From: the human T2T-CHM13v2.0 reference genome, Homo sapiens
Direction: 5' to 3' (one strand)
Assembly: GCF_009914755.1 (NCBI RefSeq)
Contig: NC_060929.1
DNA length: 64,000 bases
A program made the position numbers and the translations under genes. Below the pieces are notes generated by a model. The model was not told where the DNA came from. It searched no databases and was given only the letters and a program-made list of their open reading frames with translations. Of this stretch, positions 29,488 through 43,200 are shown piece by piece (position 1 is the stretch's first letter; each line of letters begins with the position of its first letter).

Positions 29488-31998
29488 ACAGTTTATCCAC
29501 TCGTTGACTGATGGGCATTTGGGTTGGTTCCACATTTTTGCAATTGTGAACTGTGCTGCTATAAACATGGGTGTGCAAGTATCTTTTTCGTATGACTTCT
29601 TTTCCTCTGGGTGGATACCCAGTAGTGGGATTGCTGGATCAAATGGGAGTTATACTTTGAGTTCCTTAAGGAATCTCCACACTGTTTTCCATAGTGGCTG
29701 TACTAGTTTACATTCCCACCAGCAGTGCAGAAGTGTTCCCTTTTCATCATATCCATGCCAAAATCTATTATTTTTTTATTTTTTTGATAATGGCCATTCT
29801 TGCAGGGGTAAGGTGGTATTGCATTGTGGTTTTGATGTGCATTTCCCTGATCATTAGTGATGTTGAGAGTTTTTTCATGTATTTGTTACCATTTGTATAT
29901 CTTCTTTCGAGAATTGTCCACTCATGTCCTTAGTCTACTTTTTGATGGGATTGCTTCTTTCTTATTTGTTTGAGTTCCTTGTAGATTCTGGATATTAGTC
30001 CCTTGTCAGATATATAGATTGTGAAGATCTTCTCCCACTCTGTGGGCTGTCTGTTTACTCTGCTGACTGTTCCTTTTGCTATGCAAAAGCTCTTTAGTTT
30101 AATTAAGTCTCACCTATTTATCTTCATTTTTGTTGCATTTGCTTTTGGGTTCTTGGTCATGAAATCTTTGCCTAAGCCAATGTCTAGAAGGGTTTTTCCA
30201 ATGTTATCTTCTAGAATTTTTATAGTTTTAAGTCTTAATGATTTAGGACTTAAATCTAAGTCCTTGATCCATCTTGAGTTGATTTTTGCATAAGGCAAGA
30301 GATAAGGATCCAGTTTCATTTTCCATCATGTGACTTGCCAATTATCCCAGCACCATTTCCCCACTTTGTTTTTGTTTGCTTTGTCGATGGTCAGTTGGCT
30401 ATAAGTATTTGGGTTAATTTCTGGGCTCTCTATTCTATTCCATTGGTCTATGTCCCTATTTTTATACCAATACCATGCTGTTTTGGTGACTATGGCCTTA
30501 TAGTATAGTTTGAAATCAGGTAATATGATGCCTCCAGCTATGTTCTTTTTGCTTAGTCTCACTTTGGCTACGCAGGCTCTTTTTTGGTTCCATATGAACT
30601 GTAGGATTGTTTTTTCTAGTTCTGTGAAGAATGATGGTGGTATTTTGATGGAAATTGTAATGAATTTATAGATTGCTTCTGGCAGTATGGTCATTTTCAC
30701 ATTATTGATTCTACCCATCCACGAACATGAAATGTGTTTCCATTTGCTTTCAACTTTTCCCCGTTCATATTATGTTGGCTGTGGGTTTGTCATAGATGGC
30801 TTTTATTACATTGAGGTATGTCCCTCGTATGCCAATTTTGCTGAGGGTTTTAATCATAAAGGGATGCAGAATTTTGTCAAATGCTCTTTCTGCATCTACT
30901 GAGATGATCATGTGATTTTTGTTTTTAATTCTGTTTATGTGATGTTTCACATGTATTGACTTGTGTATGTTAAACCATCCCTGCATTCCTGGTATGAAAC
31001 ACACTTGATTATGGCGGATTATCTTTTGTATATGCTGTTGGATTTGGTTAGCGAGTATTTTGTTAAATATTTTTGCATCTATGTTCATCAGGGGTATTGG
31101 TCTGTAGTTTTCTTTGTTATACTGACTTCACAGAATGATTTAGGGAGGATTTCCTCTTTATCTTGAAGAATAATGTCAATATGATTGGTATTAATTCTTC
31201 TTTGAATGTCTGGCAGAATTCAACTTGAATCCATCTGGTCCTGGACTTTTTCTTGTTGGTAATTTTTTTATTACCATTTCAATCTCACTGCTTGTTAATG
31301 GTCTGTTCAGGGTTTCTAATTCTTTCTGATTTAAGCTAGGAGGGTTGTCTCTTTCCAGGAATTTATCCATATCCTCCATGTTTTCTAGTTTATGCACGTA
31401 AATGTGTTCATAGTAGCCTTGAATGATCTTTTGTATTTCTGTGGTGTCAGTTGTAATATCCCCCATTTCATTTCTAATTGAGCTTATTTGGATCTTCCCT
31501 CTTCTTTTCTTGGTTAATCTTGCTAATGGTCTATCAATTTTATTTATCTTTTCAAAGAACCAGCTGTTTGTTTCATTTATCTTTTGCATTTCTTTTTGTT
31601 TCAATTTCATTTAGTTCTGCTCTGACCTTGGTTATTTCCTTCATTCTGTTGGGTTTGGTTTGGTTTGTTCTTGTTTCTCTAGTACCTTGAGGTGTGACCA
31701 TAGATTGTCTAGTTGTGCTCTTTCAGACTTTTTGATACAGGCATTTAAGGCTATGAACTTTCCTCTTAGCACTGCCTTTGCTGTATCCTAGAGGTTTTGA
31801 TAGTTGTGTCACTATTATCATTCAGTTTGAAGAATTTTTTCCACTATGGTCTGAGAGAGTACTTGATATAATTTCAGTTTTCTTAAATTTATTCAGACTT
31901 GTTTTGTGGCCTATCATATGGTCTATTTTGGAGAAAGTTCCATGCACTGATGAATAAAATGTATATTCTGAAGTTGTTGGGTAGAATGTTCTGTAAAT

Positions 31999-32111
31999 GG
32001 CCAGGCGTGGTGGCTCCCGCCTGTAATCCCAGCACCAAGGCAGGTAGATCACCTGAGTTCAGGAGTTTGAGACCAGCCTGGCCAACATGGTGAAACCCCA
32101 TCTCTATTAAG
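31999..32111 (+). mobile_element. Alu left monomer inserted in L1 ORF2
   Basis: Left arm only. TSD gaatgttctgtaaat (31984-31998) and gaatattatgtaaat (32112-32126). Confidence 0.9.
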
Positions 32112-34689
32112 GAATATTATGTAAATATCTGTTAAGTCCATTTGTTCTGGAGTATAGCTTAAATCCATTGTTTCTTTGCTGACTTCCTATCTTGATGACC
32201 TGTCTAGTGCTGTCAGTGCAGTATTGAAGTCCCCCACTATTACTGTGTTGCTCTCTATCTCATTACTTAAGTCTAGTAGTAATTGTTTTACAAATTTGGG
32301 AACTCCCGTGTTAAGTGCATATATATTTGGGACTGTGATATTTTCCTGTTGCACAAGGGCTTTTATCATTATATAATGTCCTACTTTGTCTTTTTTAACT
32401 ACTCTTAAAGTTTGTTTTGACTGACATATGCCTGCTTGTTTTTGGTGTCTATTTGCATGGAATATCTTTTTCCATCCCTTTATCTCAAGTTTATGTGAGT
32501 CCTTATATGTTAGGTGAGTCTCTTGAAGGCAGCAGATACCTGGTTGGTGAATTCTTATCCATTCTGCAATTCTGTATCTTTTAAGTGGAGCATTTAGGCT
32601 ATTTACATTCAACATTAGTATTTAGATATGAGGTACTATTCCATTCATTGTGCTATTTGTTGCCTGTATACCTTGTTTTTTCTTAATTATATTTTTGTTT
32701 TATAGGTCCTGTGAGACTTATGCTTTAAGGAAGTTCTGTTACTGATGTGTTTTCAGGATTTGTTTCAAGATTTGGAGCTCCTTTTAGCAGTTCTTATAGT
32801 GCTGTCTTAGGACTGGCAAATTCTCTCAGCATTTGTTTACCTGAAAAAGACTATCTTTTCTTCATTTATGAAGCTTAGTTTTGCTGGAGACAAAATTCTT
32901 GGCTGATAATTGTTTTGTTTAAGGAGGCTGCAGATAGGGACCCAATCCCTTCTACCTTGTAGGGTTTCTGCTGAGAAATCTGCTGTTAATCTGATAGGTT
33001 TTCCTTTATAGATTACCTAATGCTTTTGCCTCACAGCTACTAAGATTCTTTCCCTCATCTTAACTTTAGCTAACCTGATGACAATGTGCCTAGGTAATGA
33101 TCTTTTTGCAATTTGCCAGGTGTTCTTTGAGCTCCTTCTATTTGGATGTTTAGGTCTTTAGCAAGGCTGGGGAAGCTGTACTAGATTATTCCCCCAAATA
33201 TGTTTTCCAAACTTTTAGATTCCTCTTCCTCCTCAGGAATGCCAATTATTCTTAGATTTGGTCACTTAATGTAATCTCACATTTCTTGGAGGTTTTGTTC
33301 ATTTTTTTAATGCTTTTTTCTTAGTCTTTGTTGGACTGGGTTAATTTGATAACCTTATCTTCGAGATCTGAAGTTCTTTATTCTGCTTGTTCGAGTCTTA
33401 CTGCTGAGAATTTCAAGAACATTTTGCATTTCTCTAAGTGTGTCCTTTATTTTCTGAAGTTGTGATTGTTTTTTATTTATGCTATCTATTTCACTGAAGA
33501 TTCCTCCCCTCGTTCCTTGTATCATTTTTTTTGATTTCCTTAAATTGGACTTCACCTTTCTCTGGTGCCTCCTTAATTGGTTTAATAATCAATCTTCTAA
33601 ATGCTTTTTCAGGTCAATCAGGGACTTTTTCTCGGTTTAGATCCACTGCTGATGAGAGAGTATGATTTTTTGGGTGGTGTTGAAGAACATTCTTTTATCA
33701 TATTACCAGAATTGTTTTTCTGGTTCCTTCTCCTTTGAGTAAACTATGTTAGATGGAAGATCTGGAACTTAAGGCTGCTGTTCAGATTCTTTTGTCCCAT
33801 GGGGTGTTCCCGTGATGTAGCACTCTCCCCCTTTTCCTAGGAATGTGGCTTCCTGAGAGCTGAGATGCAGTGACTGTTATTTCCTTCTGGATCTAGCCAC
33901 CCAGCAGGGCTACCAGACTCCAGGCTGGTACTAGGGGTTGTCTGCACAGAGTCCTGTGATGTGAACCATCTTCATGTCTCTCAGCCATGGATACCAGCAC
34001 AGTATTTGCAGTGTCTCTGGGTTCCTGCAGGAGCAATCTGCTTCCTTCAAAGGGTCTGTGGATTCTCTCAGCTTTCTTGGTATATTTCTGCAGTAGTTCT
34101 GGAGCAAAATTTCACAATGCAAGTCTCTACACACTGCACGATCCGTCCGAGTGGGAACTGCAATCTAGTCCTGCCCCCTGTCTGTCAATTTCCATAGAAA
34201 ATATGTTTAATAATTATTAAAATGCATAGTATTTTGCTGTTTTAATTAATTGTATAGTGACAACCATGGTAATAACAACTACTTTTAGGGCTCAACAACA
34301 ATTAGAGCCTTAACATCTTAGGAAATAAACTTTTAAAATTCCAATTTATATGTATATTATGGATATATGTTTTTTATTAATAAAAATATAATAACATTTT
34401 AGGGAGAAAGTAGAATAGGAATACAAGTTTAACGACATAAAAGGAATAAATAAATGTTTCTGATTTTTAAAAAAGAGCTTGTTCATAAATTTTTATAAAG
34501 GTAGATGAAGAGTACAAAATTGCTATGAAATATAAATTCATAGGATACATTTAAAAGGAATATGACAATTTGATTTTACAATGTCAGTATTTATGATAAA
34601 CCAAAGATCTGGATCTACTAAAACTTACAAAATTTCAATTCTCAACCTAAAATTACACACGAGTACATGGTTTTTTAAAAAAATTCATA

Positions 34690-34820
34690 GACCAGGTATG
34701 GTGGCTCACACCTATAATCCTAGCACTTTGGGAGGCTGAGGCAGGAGGATCACTAGAGCTCAGGAGTTTGAAACCAGCCTAAGCAACATAGTGTGACCTC
34801 ATCTCTAAAAGAAAAAAAAA
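34690..34820 (+). mobile_element. FLAM / Alu left monomer
   Basis: Monomeric Alu with A tail. Confidence 0.85.
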
Positions 34821-34849
34821 TCTTGAAAATCACTGATCTCAGAAACATT

Positions 34850-36600
34850 TTTTAAAAAGAGCAGATTTGGAGGGGAAGATGGCTTCAGTTTTGAATATGT
34901 TACCTTTGAGATACATGAGAGGCATCCGAGTAGTGAACAACAGCTAAAACATTATGTGGACCACACATGTTAAAGCACTAGTCTGTGTATTTTTTATAGA
35001 TTCCTTCAATCATCACTACCACCCTATGAAGCTGGTACTATTACTATCTTCACTTTATAAACAGAGGAACTGAAGTATAGAAAAGTTAGGGAGACTCACT
35101 CAATGCCACACAGCTCTCCAGGTAGACTGTGGTTTGAACCCATACAGTCTGAATCCAGATTTTGAATTTTAACACAGTGTAGTCCCTCCTGAAACATCTG
35201 GGTTGAAGATAGGAATCTGAGGCTCAGTCTTTCAATATAATTTAAACCATGGAACAGTTACCAAGGAAAAGTAACACACATTCGTCAGCAGGAAACTTAG
35301 ACCTTCGGTGCTATGGGGCCCCCTATAGATGCTTCCGGCTTCCAGGCCGTGGACTCTTGAAAAGCCACCTGCCATCATTGTTTCCCAGATACCCTTCATG
35401 TGTTGTTGTCAGCCCTCCCAGGATACTGTGCTTCTCATGATGCTCTTCATAAAGTCAAAGGGTTACCTAAGAGGAACTTTCTGCTTCTTGATCTTTCCCC
35501 TCTGTTCCTCCAACAGTTGCTTGAAGACATCTCACATAGTAAGTTTCATTCTGTAATAATCCAGCATGACAATCTTCCTTTCTTTGCAACAGGACTCACA
35601 TTATCACTTATACATATTTTATCAGTCATTATAGGTACTTTCCAGAACATATAATCACAGAATGTGAAACTTTACACGTTACAAAATACAGCATCAGGAT
35701 GAAAGGAAGAGGGGCCACTACTGACGGCAGAGAGGACACACTTAAGCATGCCTGCTAGAGCTCAATGGATGAGGATTTTTGTTCAATACTCAGAGTACTC
35801 GGGGGCAGGGAAGAGAATACAAATATTAACACATACACAGCTTAGTTTAGATGGTTAAGGAAATTATCTCAGAGGTAAACAGTACTAGCAAAGGTAGCAC
35901 TAAATGTGTGGGCCTGAACAGAGTTAGAGCCTAAGAGAACTAAGGACAAAATCCTGGTGAACACCAACATTTTATGGAACAGGCAGTGGAATCACAATCG
36001 TAGAGAAGACTGAACAGGAATAACTAGAGAAAACATGAAGAGAGAGAAACAAAAAGAATATAGTGCCAGAAGAACAAAATGAGAAGATTTCAAGAATGGG
36101 CAAGTTGTTAGTGTCAAAGCAAAAGAAAGGTCAAGTAAGACAAGGACTGACAGAGTCTCTTGGATTTAGCAACTGGCAAGGCAGGGCCAGTTTCAGTGAT
36201 GTGATCGGGAAAAAAGCTGCATGGTGATATGTTTAGGAAACAATGGGATTTCAGAAGTGAATGTAAGAAACTTAGACAAGGTTTTCTGAAGTTTACGCGT
36301 GATGCAGAAGGAGCCAAAGACAGCAGCAGATAAGGGAGGGCAAAGGAGGAGGGGAACGGGAGGTTCTAAATGGGAAAGACTTGAACACACCCAAACACTG
36401 ACTGGAAAGAGGGAGCAGGTAGGGTACAGAGACACAAAACAGAAAAAGCAAGGTGGTAAGATCCAGCTCACAGACACTGGTGACAGGAAAGGAAGGGTAT
36501 GAAGCAACTAAGTGTGTTTGGGGGTGGGGTGGTCAAGAAAGTGGGAAGTTTCTGATTGCTTTTATTGTCTTAGCAAGGGAAAAACAGAGTTCACTGGCAG
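34850..36600 (-). mobile_element. Fragmented L2 relic with an embedded MIR (about 34940-35180)
   Basis: ttcagttttgaatatgttacctttgagat and ttggatttagcaactggcaagg are antisense L2 phrases. MIR core gaggaactgaagtatagaaaagtt. Confidence 0.55.
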
Positions 36601-39600
36601 AAGACAGTGTTTGCATGCTGTCTTCATCTGTGTGCTTCACACATTCCCCCTCCTTTGACTTCTGAAGTAAAAGGGCAGCAGACCCAGGACCTAATTCTCA
36701 ATGCCACGTTGATTTCCATATTCTGAGAAAAGCCCTAATTATATACAACTTCTGCCTTTCAAGGAGTAATCTGTAAAGGAGCCTCAGGTGCTAACATTAA
36801 AGTAAGACATAACTATAATTTCTGGGAATTTTCTGTAAGTCAAACCAAGGCCCTAATATGAGAGACCTACATCCCCAAACACACCAGTCTGGATCAAGAA
36901 CGAACCTGACTGGCACAAGCCAGAGTGGAACAGAAAATAGGCTCTAGCCCAGGCTAAGCGCTTTCCCTTTCAAAACTAATCTTAAAACCAGAAGTAGTAT
37001 TGAGATATCACATTTATATTTATTACTGCTTTCAGTATCAACAAAACTCATCTTCAAAAATCTCAAAGGTATTTAAGAATCTACAGTTTATTTAATTTTT
37101 TCTTTTCTTTCTTCCAGACTTTTTCCTTCTTCCTTCATTCCGCTGATATCACCAGCAATATTTTCTCCCATCCTAGTTTCAACAGGAAAGGCCTTTTACA
37201 TGTTCAATGCCTTATCATCTACAAAGAGCTATCATGTGTTCTGATTTAGTCCTATATCAATCCTGACAGTTGAGGAGAAAAAGCATTTTATTGTCAATTT
37301 ACGATAAGCATATCAAGATTCAGAAAAATTAAGTGATTTCACCATTTTTTAGGAGCAGACACAGGACTCAAACCTATCTTGTGACTCCCAAGGCAGCTAT
37401 CCATTCCACCAGATCACAATCCATTTATAGTAACTTCTGAAAGCCTAGAAGATGGCTCAAGTTCCTTCCAGCCTCTAATTAATTTCAAAAACACCAGTTC
37501 CTTAAAGGGAAGACTGCGCTGCTGCAATTTCAATTATCTTGAAAGTCAGGATATTACAGTGTTTGAAAGGTCTTGGAGACACTCAGACTTGGGGTGGAAT
37601 TCTGGTCCTAATACGTGCTGATTATGCGAACTTGGGAAAGATGCTTAACCTTCTTAGTTTGCGTTTCATCATCTCCAACAGAAAGATAATAATACTTTAG
37701 AGAACTTTTCTGAGCATACAATTTCAACAAACAAAAATATTTACAGTCGGTGGTGCACTGATGATGATGGTGGTAATAATGGAGAATGATGAGTTCCGGG
37801 GTTCTAGGTTCTCCTGGTCCTCCAGTGCAGACAACTTCTCTGCTATGTGAGGTCCCGAATGTACAGTAATTCAATCAACATTCATGAAAACCATTTGGTT
37901 TTTAAGACAAATGCTTCTAAATGGGAAACCATATTTGGTTTTTAAGACAATGATTTTTTAACCATACCCTGTACTATTTTCACACAGGGTTTTTTTTAAA
38001 TCCTTATTTGTTTTAAGTAACTGTCAGATATGCAGGATTGCTTCTAATATACTTTTGATAAAACTGTTACCAAGATGAAGTACAAAATTTCATTACATTA
38101 TTCTCAGAGCCTCCTACAATTAAAAGATAATCAGACAATACATGTGAACATGCAAAGACTAAGCAATGTTTACAAATCATCTCTATTTTAGCTGAGTTTA
38201 CCATTAGAATATAACAAAAACAGGGAAAGAATACTTTTTTCATGTCATTTGCACACCTGATATTCTTATCACATCAAAACAATATGACTTAAGAGCTTTC
38301 TCCTAAATGTGTCATTTCTCCTAAAACCTGTATTATAAACACTATGATAAATGCCAAACCTTTAGGAGTAAAAGTAAGAGGAAAAAAATGTTCTTAATTT
38401 AAACCCTACAAAACTTTCAATAAACTAGCAACACTAACTGCTACAGTAGGGGCCATTGTTTTGAAATTCTCTAGCTTTTCACATTTTTCCTTTGCAAAGT
38501 TTAAAAAAGGTAAGGGGGAAGATAGAGACCGACAAGGTCTATATAACTTTAGCAAGACAGTCAATCTTTCCAGGCAAAGTCTGACATAGTAGATAAGATC
38601 AGAAAACTGTAGTTTTCTCTGCTAGGAAAAAAATGTTATTTCAAAAATATGAATGTAGCACATGACACCTTCTTTAGCCTTCAATTTAATCTTTCTGTAT
38701 AGATTTACAGTACTGCTATATTTATTCATGGTCTGTACAAGATAGAATTCAGTGGACTTCTAAACATGTCTGTTCCCCTTTTTTGCAACATGCCATAATG
38801 ACCACTAGCCTTTAGAAAGTTATTCCTTTCTATGCAAAGCTATCCAACATACCCAATTTTTCATTCCAACCTTATGAAATCCTCCTGTGAAACAGAAAAG
38901 ATTAAGGAACCAGCTCAAGAAAAGTCACAAGTGATCACCATCAATAGTGGAAACACCACTCAGAAAATCATGTTCTTCACTGAATGTACCACAAATGACC
39001 CAGTGGAGGATGGGAGAACAAATGAAGGAAGAGGAGGACATCTCTATTTCAACAGCAGTTGAGTAGGATGAAAAATAAAAGGCAAGTCAAATAGGGTATT
39101 TCTGAGATAAGCATGTGAGCATTCTGCATAATGAGGCTGTGCCTATCTGAAGCTAAGATCTTTACTTTCTTAGACTAAACCAAAAGTCACATTAATAAAT
39201 ATCCTTTCGTCCTTCAAAATCTTCATCTCCAAAGTTTTTCCATTGTGGTGAATTTCTTAGTAACTCTCTACTCCGGACTGGAAGACCCTCTGAATTAACC
39301 TTTGTGAACAACTGACATAAGAACTAAAAGCTAAGTTGCCTTTATTACTCTTATTTCATCAGGTTCATGAACAAAAAAACCTCTACTTATTTTATTTTGT
39401 AACAGCTCATCTCACTTATAAAACTTAGGTAGTCACTTTTTTTTTTACACTGTTATTTCTTCTCTAACCATTCCCTTTCTTAAAAGGCAATTAATATCTC
39501 TCACCTCAAGAGACTAGCCACTTGCCTTCTAACACATATTAAACGACATATTCAGTCCTCCATGTTCACTCATGCTTTGCATTCACTATGATAAGGTTGC

Positions 39601-39851
39601 AAATCTGGAAACCACATATGCCATCTGCAAAGACGACTACACATGTACAGAAGCTGTGAATCCAGCAACTCTACAGACTTTTGGCAGAAGAGGAAAAAAT
39701 GCAAAGAAATTATCAGGGGAAAACATGTTTGAGATTTTCAAAGTCTTTTTCAGTGACAAAGAACCTAACCACCTAAAACCATATCAGGAAAAGCCAGAGA
39801 TAGAGTGAAATTTATAACCAGAAAAATTTAACACAAAGTCACCTTACTCAC

Positions 39852-39956
39852 CGTCTGATGGCTTCTGTCACAGTAACGTAGCCCAAAATAATCTATCTCC
39901 ACAAGGTTTACGTGATGGAATACGTGGTCAAGGACAACGGAACCTTTCGTTGACTT
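39852..39956 (-). CDS. EPB41L4A: EPB41L4A internal coding exon (105 nt, probably exon 2), FERM N-lobe: [35 protein letters not shown]
   Basis: Minus strand reads ttatttttgcag|AAGTCA...CAGACG|gtgagt, phase 0 at both ends. The peptide carries the band-4.1 FERM motif L.E.DYFGL.Y and lies within ORF 39828..40046. Confidence 0.95.
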
Positions 39957-41049
39957 CTGCAAAAATAATTCAGTTTTATATTTTTTAACTGCCCTTTTGT
40001 TCCTAAGTAGTACACAGTCATGGTTCTCATCTTTTATTAGTTTCACTCACAATAGCAGCAATTGTATCAGACCATGGTTCTTCTCTGTAAGTTGTGCCTC
40101 AATTATGAAGAAAAAAACGTGATTTAAAGCAAAATGTATTATAGAAATTGCTTTGGAAAATACTTTTTAAATCGCAGTGGGTTTTAAATTAATATAAGCT
40201 TCTTTCTTCTGGGATTATAAATTATCTTCAGGACAAAATTCTTCTTTTAATAAAGATAATCTTTTATATGAAGAACATCTAATAAATGCATCAAAAAAAC
40301 ACTTTGTTTAAAAATCCCACCATTCCCTCATTTTAAAAAGCAATTTTCACCTATAGCATTACTCTCACAATGAATACAGAAGATACATAAAACTAACAAT
40401 AGTCAAAGCTTTTATCTTCAATCCTCAAATAATAAACCCATAGATTAAAGCTGCTAAAGCTAATGTTCTGAAAAGCCCCTGTGAAGATATTTCACTTTAT
40501 CTCTTTCACATAAGCACAGACACAAAACTTTTCTTTTGGCTGCTTTTTAAACACTGATAACTACCTAAAAAGCTAATCTCTTCTCTCCCCACCTACTACA
40601 TATACAGATTCTTTAAATTAAGATTCTTATCATCTGACATACTAAAAATCAATTATTCACACATGTAAGAAACACTTGTATAGATACAGCCTCTTCCTTT
40701 CTCTCGCCCCATCTCTGGCTGGTATAATAAGATAATAAAAGAAATCCCACAACAAGTCTCACATTATGGTAATAAAGGAGGGCTTTTGTTCAGTTTCATC
40801 TTCCCTCAGAAAATTGCCAGGATGCGTTTATCCACATATGGTGAGCACTTAATACTGCACTGCTTTTAGAAAATGGATTGTTAACATGAGAGAAATGTTT
40901 TTATTAAATGTATTATAAAATGGGCAATATGAGGTTATAAAAGTACACACCAGGGTGTACACACCAAGAACTTTCTTCAAGTTCTTGTTACAAATTCCAT
41001 AGGTATTTTGTTTTCCTCTAAATTACTTTGACTAACTTTAACTGGTTCC

Positions 41050-43200
41050 TTTTTCAAAATCCATTAAATAATTTATAAACAAAAAGCCCTTCCATGATGA
41101 ATCTTTAGGTTACTGGACATTTTCTGCAATAATCACAATGCCACAGTGGCCTGTAAATGTCTCTGTGCTCATGTACCCATGTATTTCTCAGAGGTAAAAA
41201 TCTTGAAGTGAAATTACTCATCTGAAGGATATGTATACTCATAATTACAGTGGGCACTGCCAAAAAGACCATTACAATTCATTTGATGAGAGTATATGTT
41301 TTCCCCGCACCCTTGCCAACATTTGGATTGCAAAACTTTTTTCCAATCTGATTGAGCAAAAAAAGAGGGGAATAAAGGAAATGTTTTAATTTACATTTTC
41401 CTGACATTAATAAAAGCAAGCACTCTTTCATGTGCTTACTAGTCAATTGCATTTCCTAGCCTTTGAGTTAGGCATTCCCTAACCCAAAGTTTATGAGCAA
41501 ATTCTCCTAAGTACTTCTAAATACTTGTAGAATTTTACTTATACTTAGCTCTTCATTCCATCTGGAAATTATTTTTGTTCTTGGGATAAGGGCCCAACTT
41601 TGCTTCCAAATGGACAGACAACTGCACCACCATTTACCAAAAAAAGCCATCATTTCCCTGTTGATTTGAAACAACTTTATCATCTATTAAATGAATCCCC
41701 AGTATTCTATCTCATGGGTTACTCCAGAACCAATACCCCCAAGATTTTGATGTATGTAGTTTAATTTGTTTGATATCCATCTTTCTTTTTCAAAACTATC
41801 TTTGCTACTTCTTAAACATTTTTCTCTACTCAGGGACGTTAAGAACCAGCTACCCAATTGAATAAACAATTCTGCTGGGGATTTAACTGGAATTAAATTT
41901 AATTGACAGACCAGATGACGTGGTAGGTGGAGGTGTAGATACTAAGATATTTACAAAGTGAAACCTCTATATGGTTGTCTTTTATATCCTTCGAGGAAAT
42001 TTTACACTTTTGATGTGGGTCTTACAAAATTCTATTTAGGCTTTGTGGCAAGCAAATTTACCAAATGCCCTCCCTCCCCCAAAGATGTCCTGCCCTGACC
42101 TCTGGAATCTGCATGATGAGAATACCACCCCTATAATTGTGTTATGCTATATGGCACAGTTGACGTTAAGATAGGGAGATCACTGAAGTGGGCCTAATCA
42201 AATGGGCTCTAAAAAGCACAGCACTTTCTCCAGCAGAAGGGAAAAGCAGGGGGAAAGTCAACTATATTCAAACCATGAGAAGGGTTCCACCCTTCCCTCT
42301 CACTTGAAAGATGAAGGGGGCTATCTGAGAAGAATGAGAACAGCTTCAGGACCTGAGGGGAGCCCCCAGCTAACAGCCAGCAAAGAGATGGGAACCTCAG
42401 TCCTACAACCACAAAAGCGGGATTCTGCCAACAGCCAACAAGGGTTTGGAAGTCGATTCTTCCCCATCATCCTCAGATAAGTGCTCAGCTGACTAACACC
42501 TTGATTTCATCCTTGTGGGGCCCTGCAGGGAAGCCAGCCATGACATCCTGGACTTGTGGCCTACAGAACTGTGAAATAATAAATGACTGTATGTTTAAAC
42601 CACTGTGCTAGTGATAATTTGTTATGCAACAATAAAAAATAATACAGGCTGGTTCTTAGCTATTTTAGTTTTATTGCTGTTATACTTTCTGACTGTCTAT
42701 TGCTAATGCATTGGAAAGCCAACTAATATTCCCTATCGGTCTTATTCCCAGCCGTCTTGCTAAATTCTTCTTAGTTTGTCTATGGAGTCTTCTCAGATAA
42801 TCAGTTTTCAAAATGCTTTTTCAAAATGCTCCTCCACATTTATTTCTTCTTTTCTTACTGCATTGGCTGGGACCTCAATAAAAGAATAACTAGTAGTTTT
42901 GAGAACATGCACCCTGTCTTCATCCTGACTGTAATGGATTGCTTCTAAAATTTCACCACTAAGTATAATGGCTTGTGTATGGCCCGAACGCATATCCTTA
43001 ATCAAATAGATGGTTCCTTCAATTCTGCTTTTTTTGGTCTTATTCTGTTTTGGCCTTTAATCAATGACTAACAGTTTTATCAAGTTCTTTTTGGGAATAA
43101 AAGATGAGTATATGATGTTTGTCCTTTCAGCTTTGAGTTACATTAAAAGAGTTTCTAATGCCAAATCTTCTTAGAGAAATTCCCGCTTTAGTCCTTTTTG
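41050..43200 (-). mobile_element. Old L1M relic interrupted by an MLT1 LTR
   Basis: Degenerate antisense L1 ORF2 and 3' sequence. ORF 42808..43005 weakly resembles L1 reverse transcriptase. Confidence 0.6.
42044..42646 (+). mobile_element. MLT1D/E-like solo LTR
   Basis: TG...CA ends (tgtggc...aataca), cctacagaactgtgaaataataaatg, 5-bp TSD ggctt/ggctg. Confidence 0.85.

Larger units (their letters stand above)
29080..34201 (-). mobile_element. L1PB-type LINE-1 with 5' end retained and multiple internal deletions; ORF1 and ORF2 disrupted
   Basis: ORF fragments: endonuclease (32187..32615, CLQETH...VGDFN), reverse transcriptase (30765..31088) and C-terminal (30326..30718, 30110..30319). L1PB-like 3' UTR and 5' start. 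14-bp TSD tatgtttaataatt at 29066-29079 and 34202-34215. Confidence 0.92.

Noticed and set aside
29437-29500. Second (UG)n tract as a cryptic-exon donor
   Set aside because: The adjacent donor (GTG|gtgtgt) is weak and I found no convincing acceptor. It looks like a routine microsatellite expansion in an L1.
30110-33555. Reverse transcriptase, endonuclease and ORF1-like ORFs as a possible novel retroelement system
   Set aside because: They are frameshifted fragments of ordinary LINE-1 ORF1/ORF2.
29082-34197. tttccatag occurring just inside both ends of the L1
   Set aside because: A 9-mer in AT-rich sequence; it cannot be distinguished from chance, and the 14-bp TSD already explains the boundaries.
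39828-40046. 72-aa ORF as a stand-alone gene
   Set aside because: Only 39852-39956 is exonic; the rest is intronic read-through past clear splice sites.
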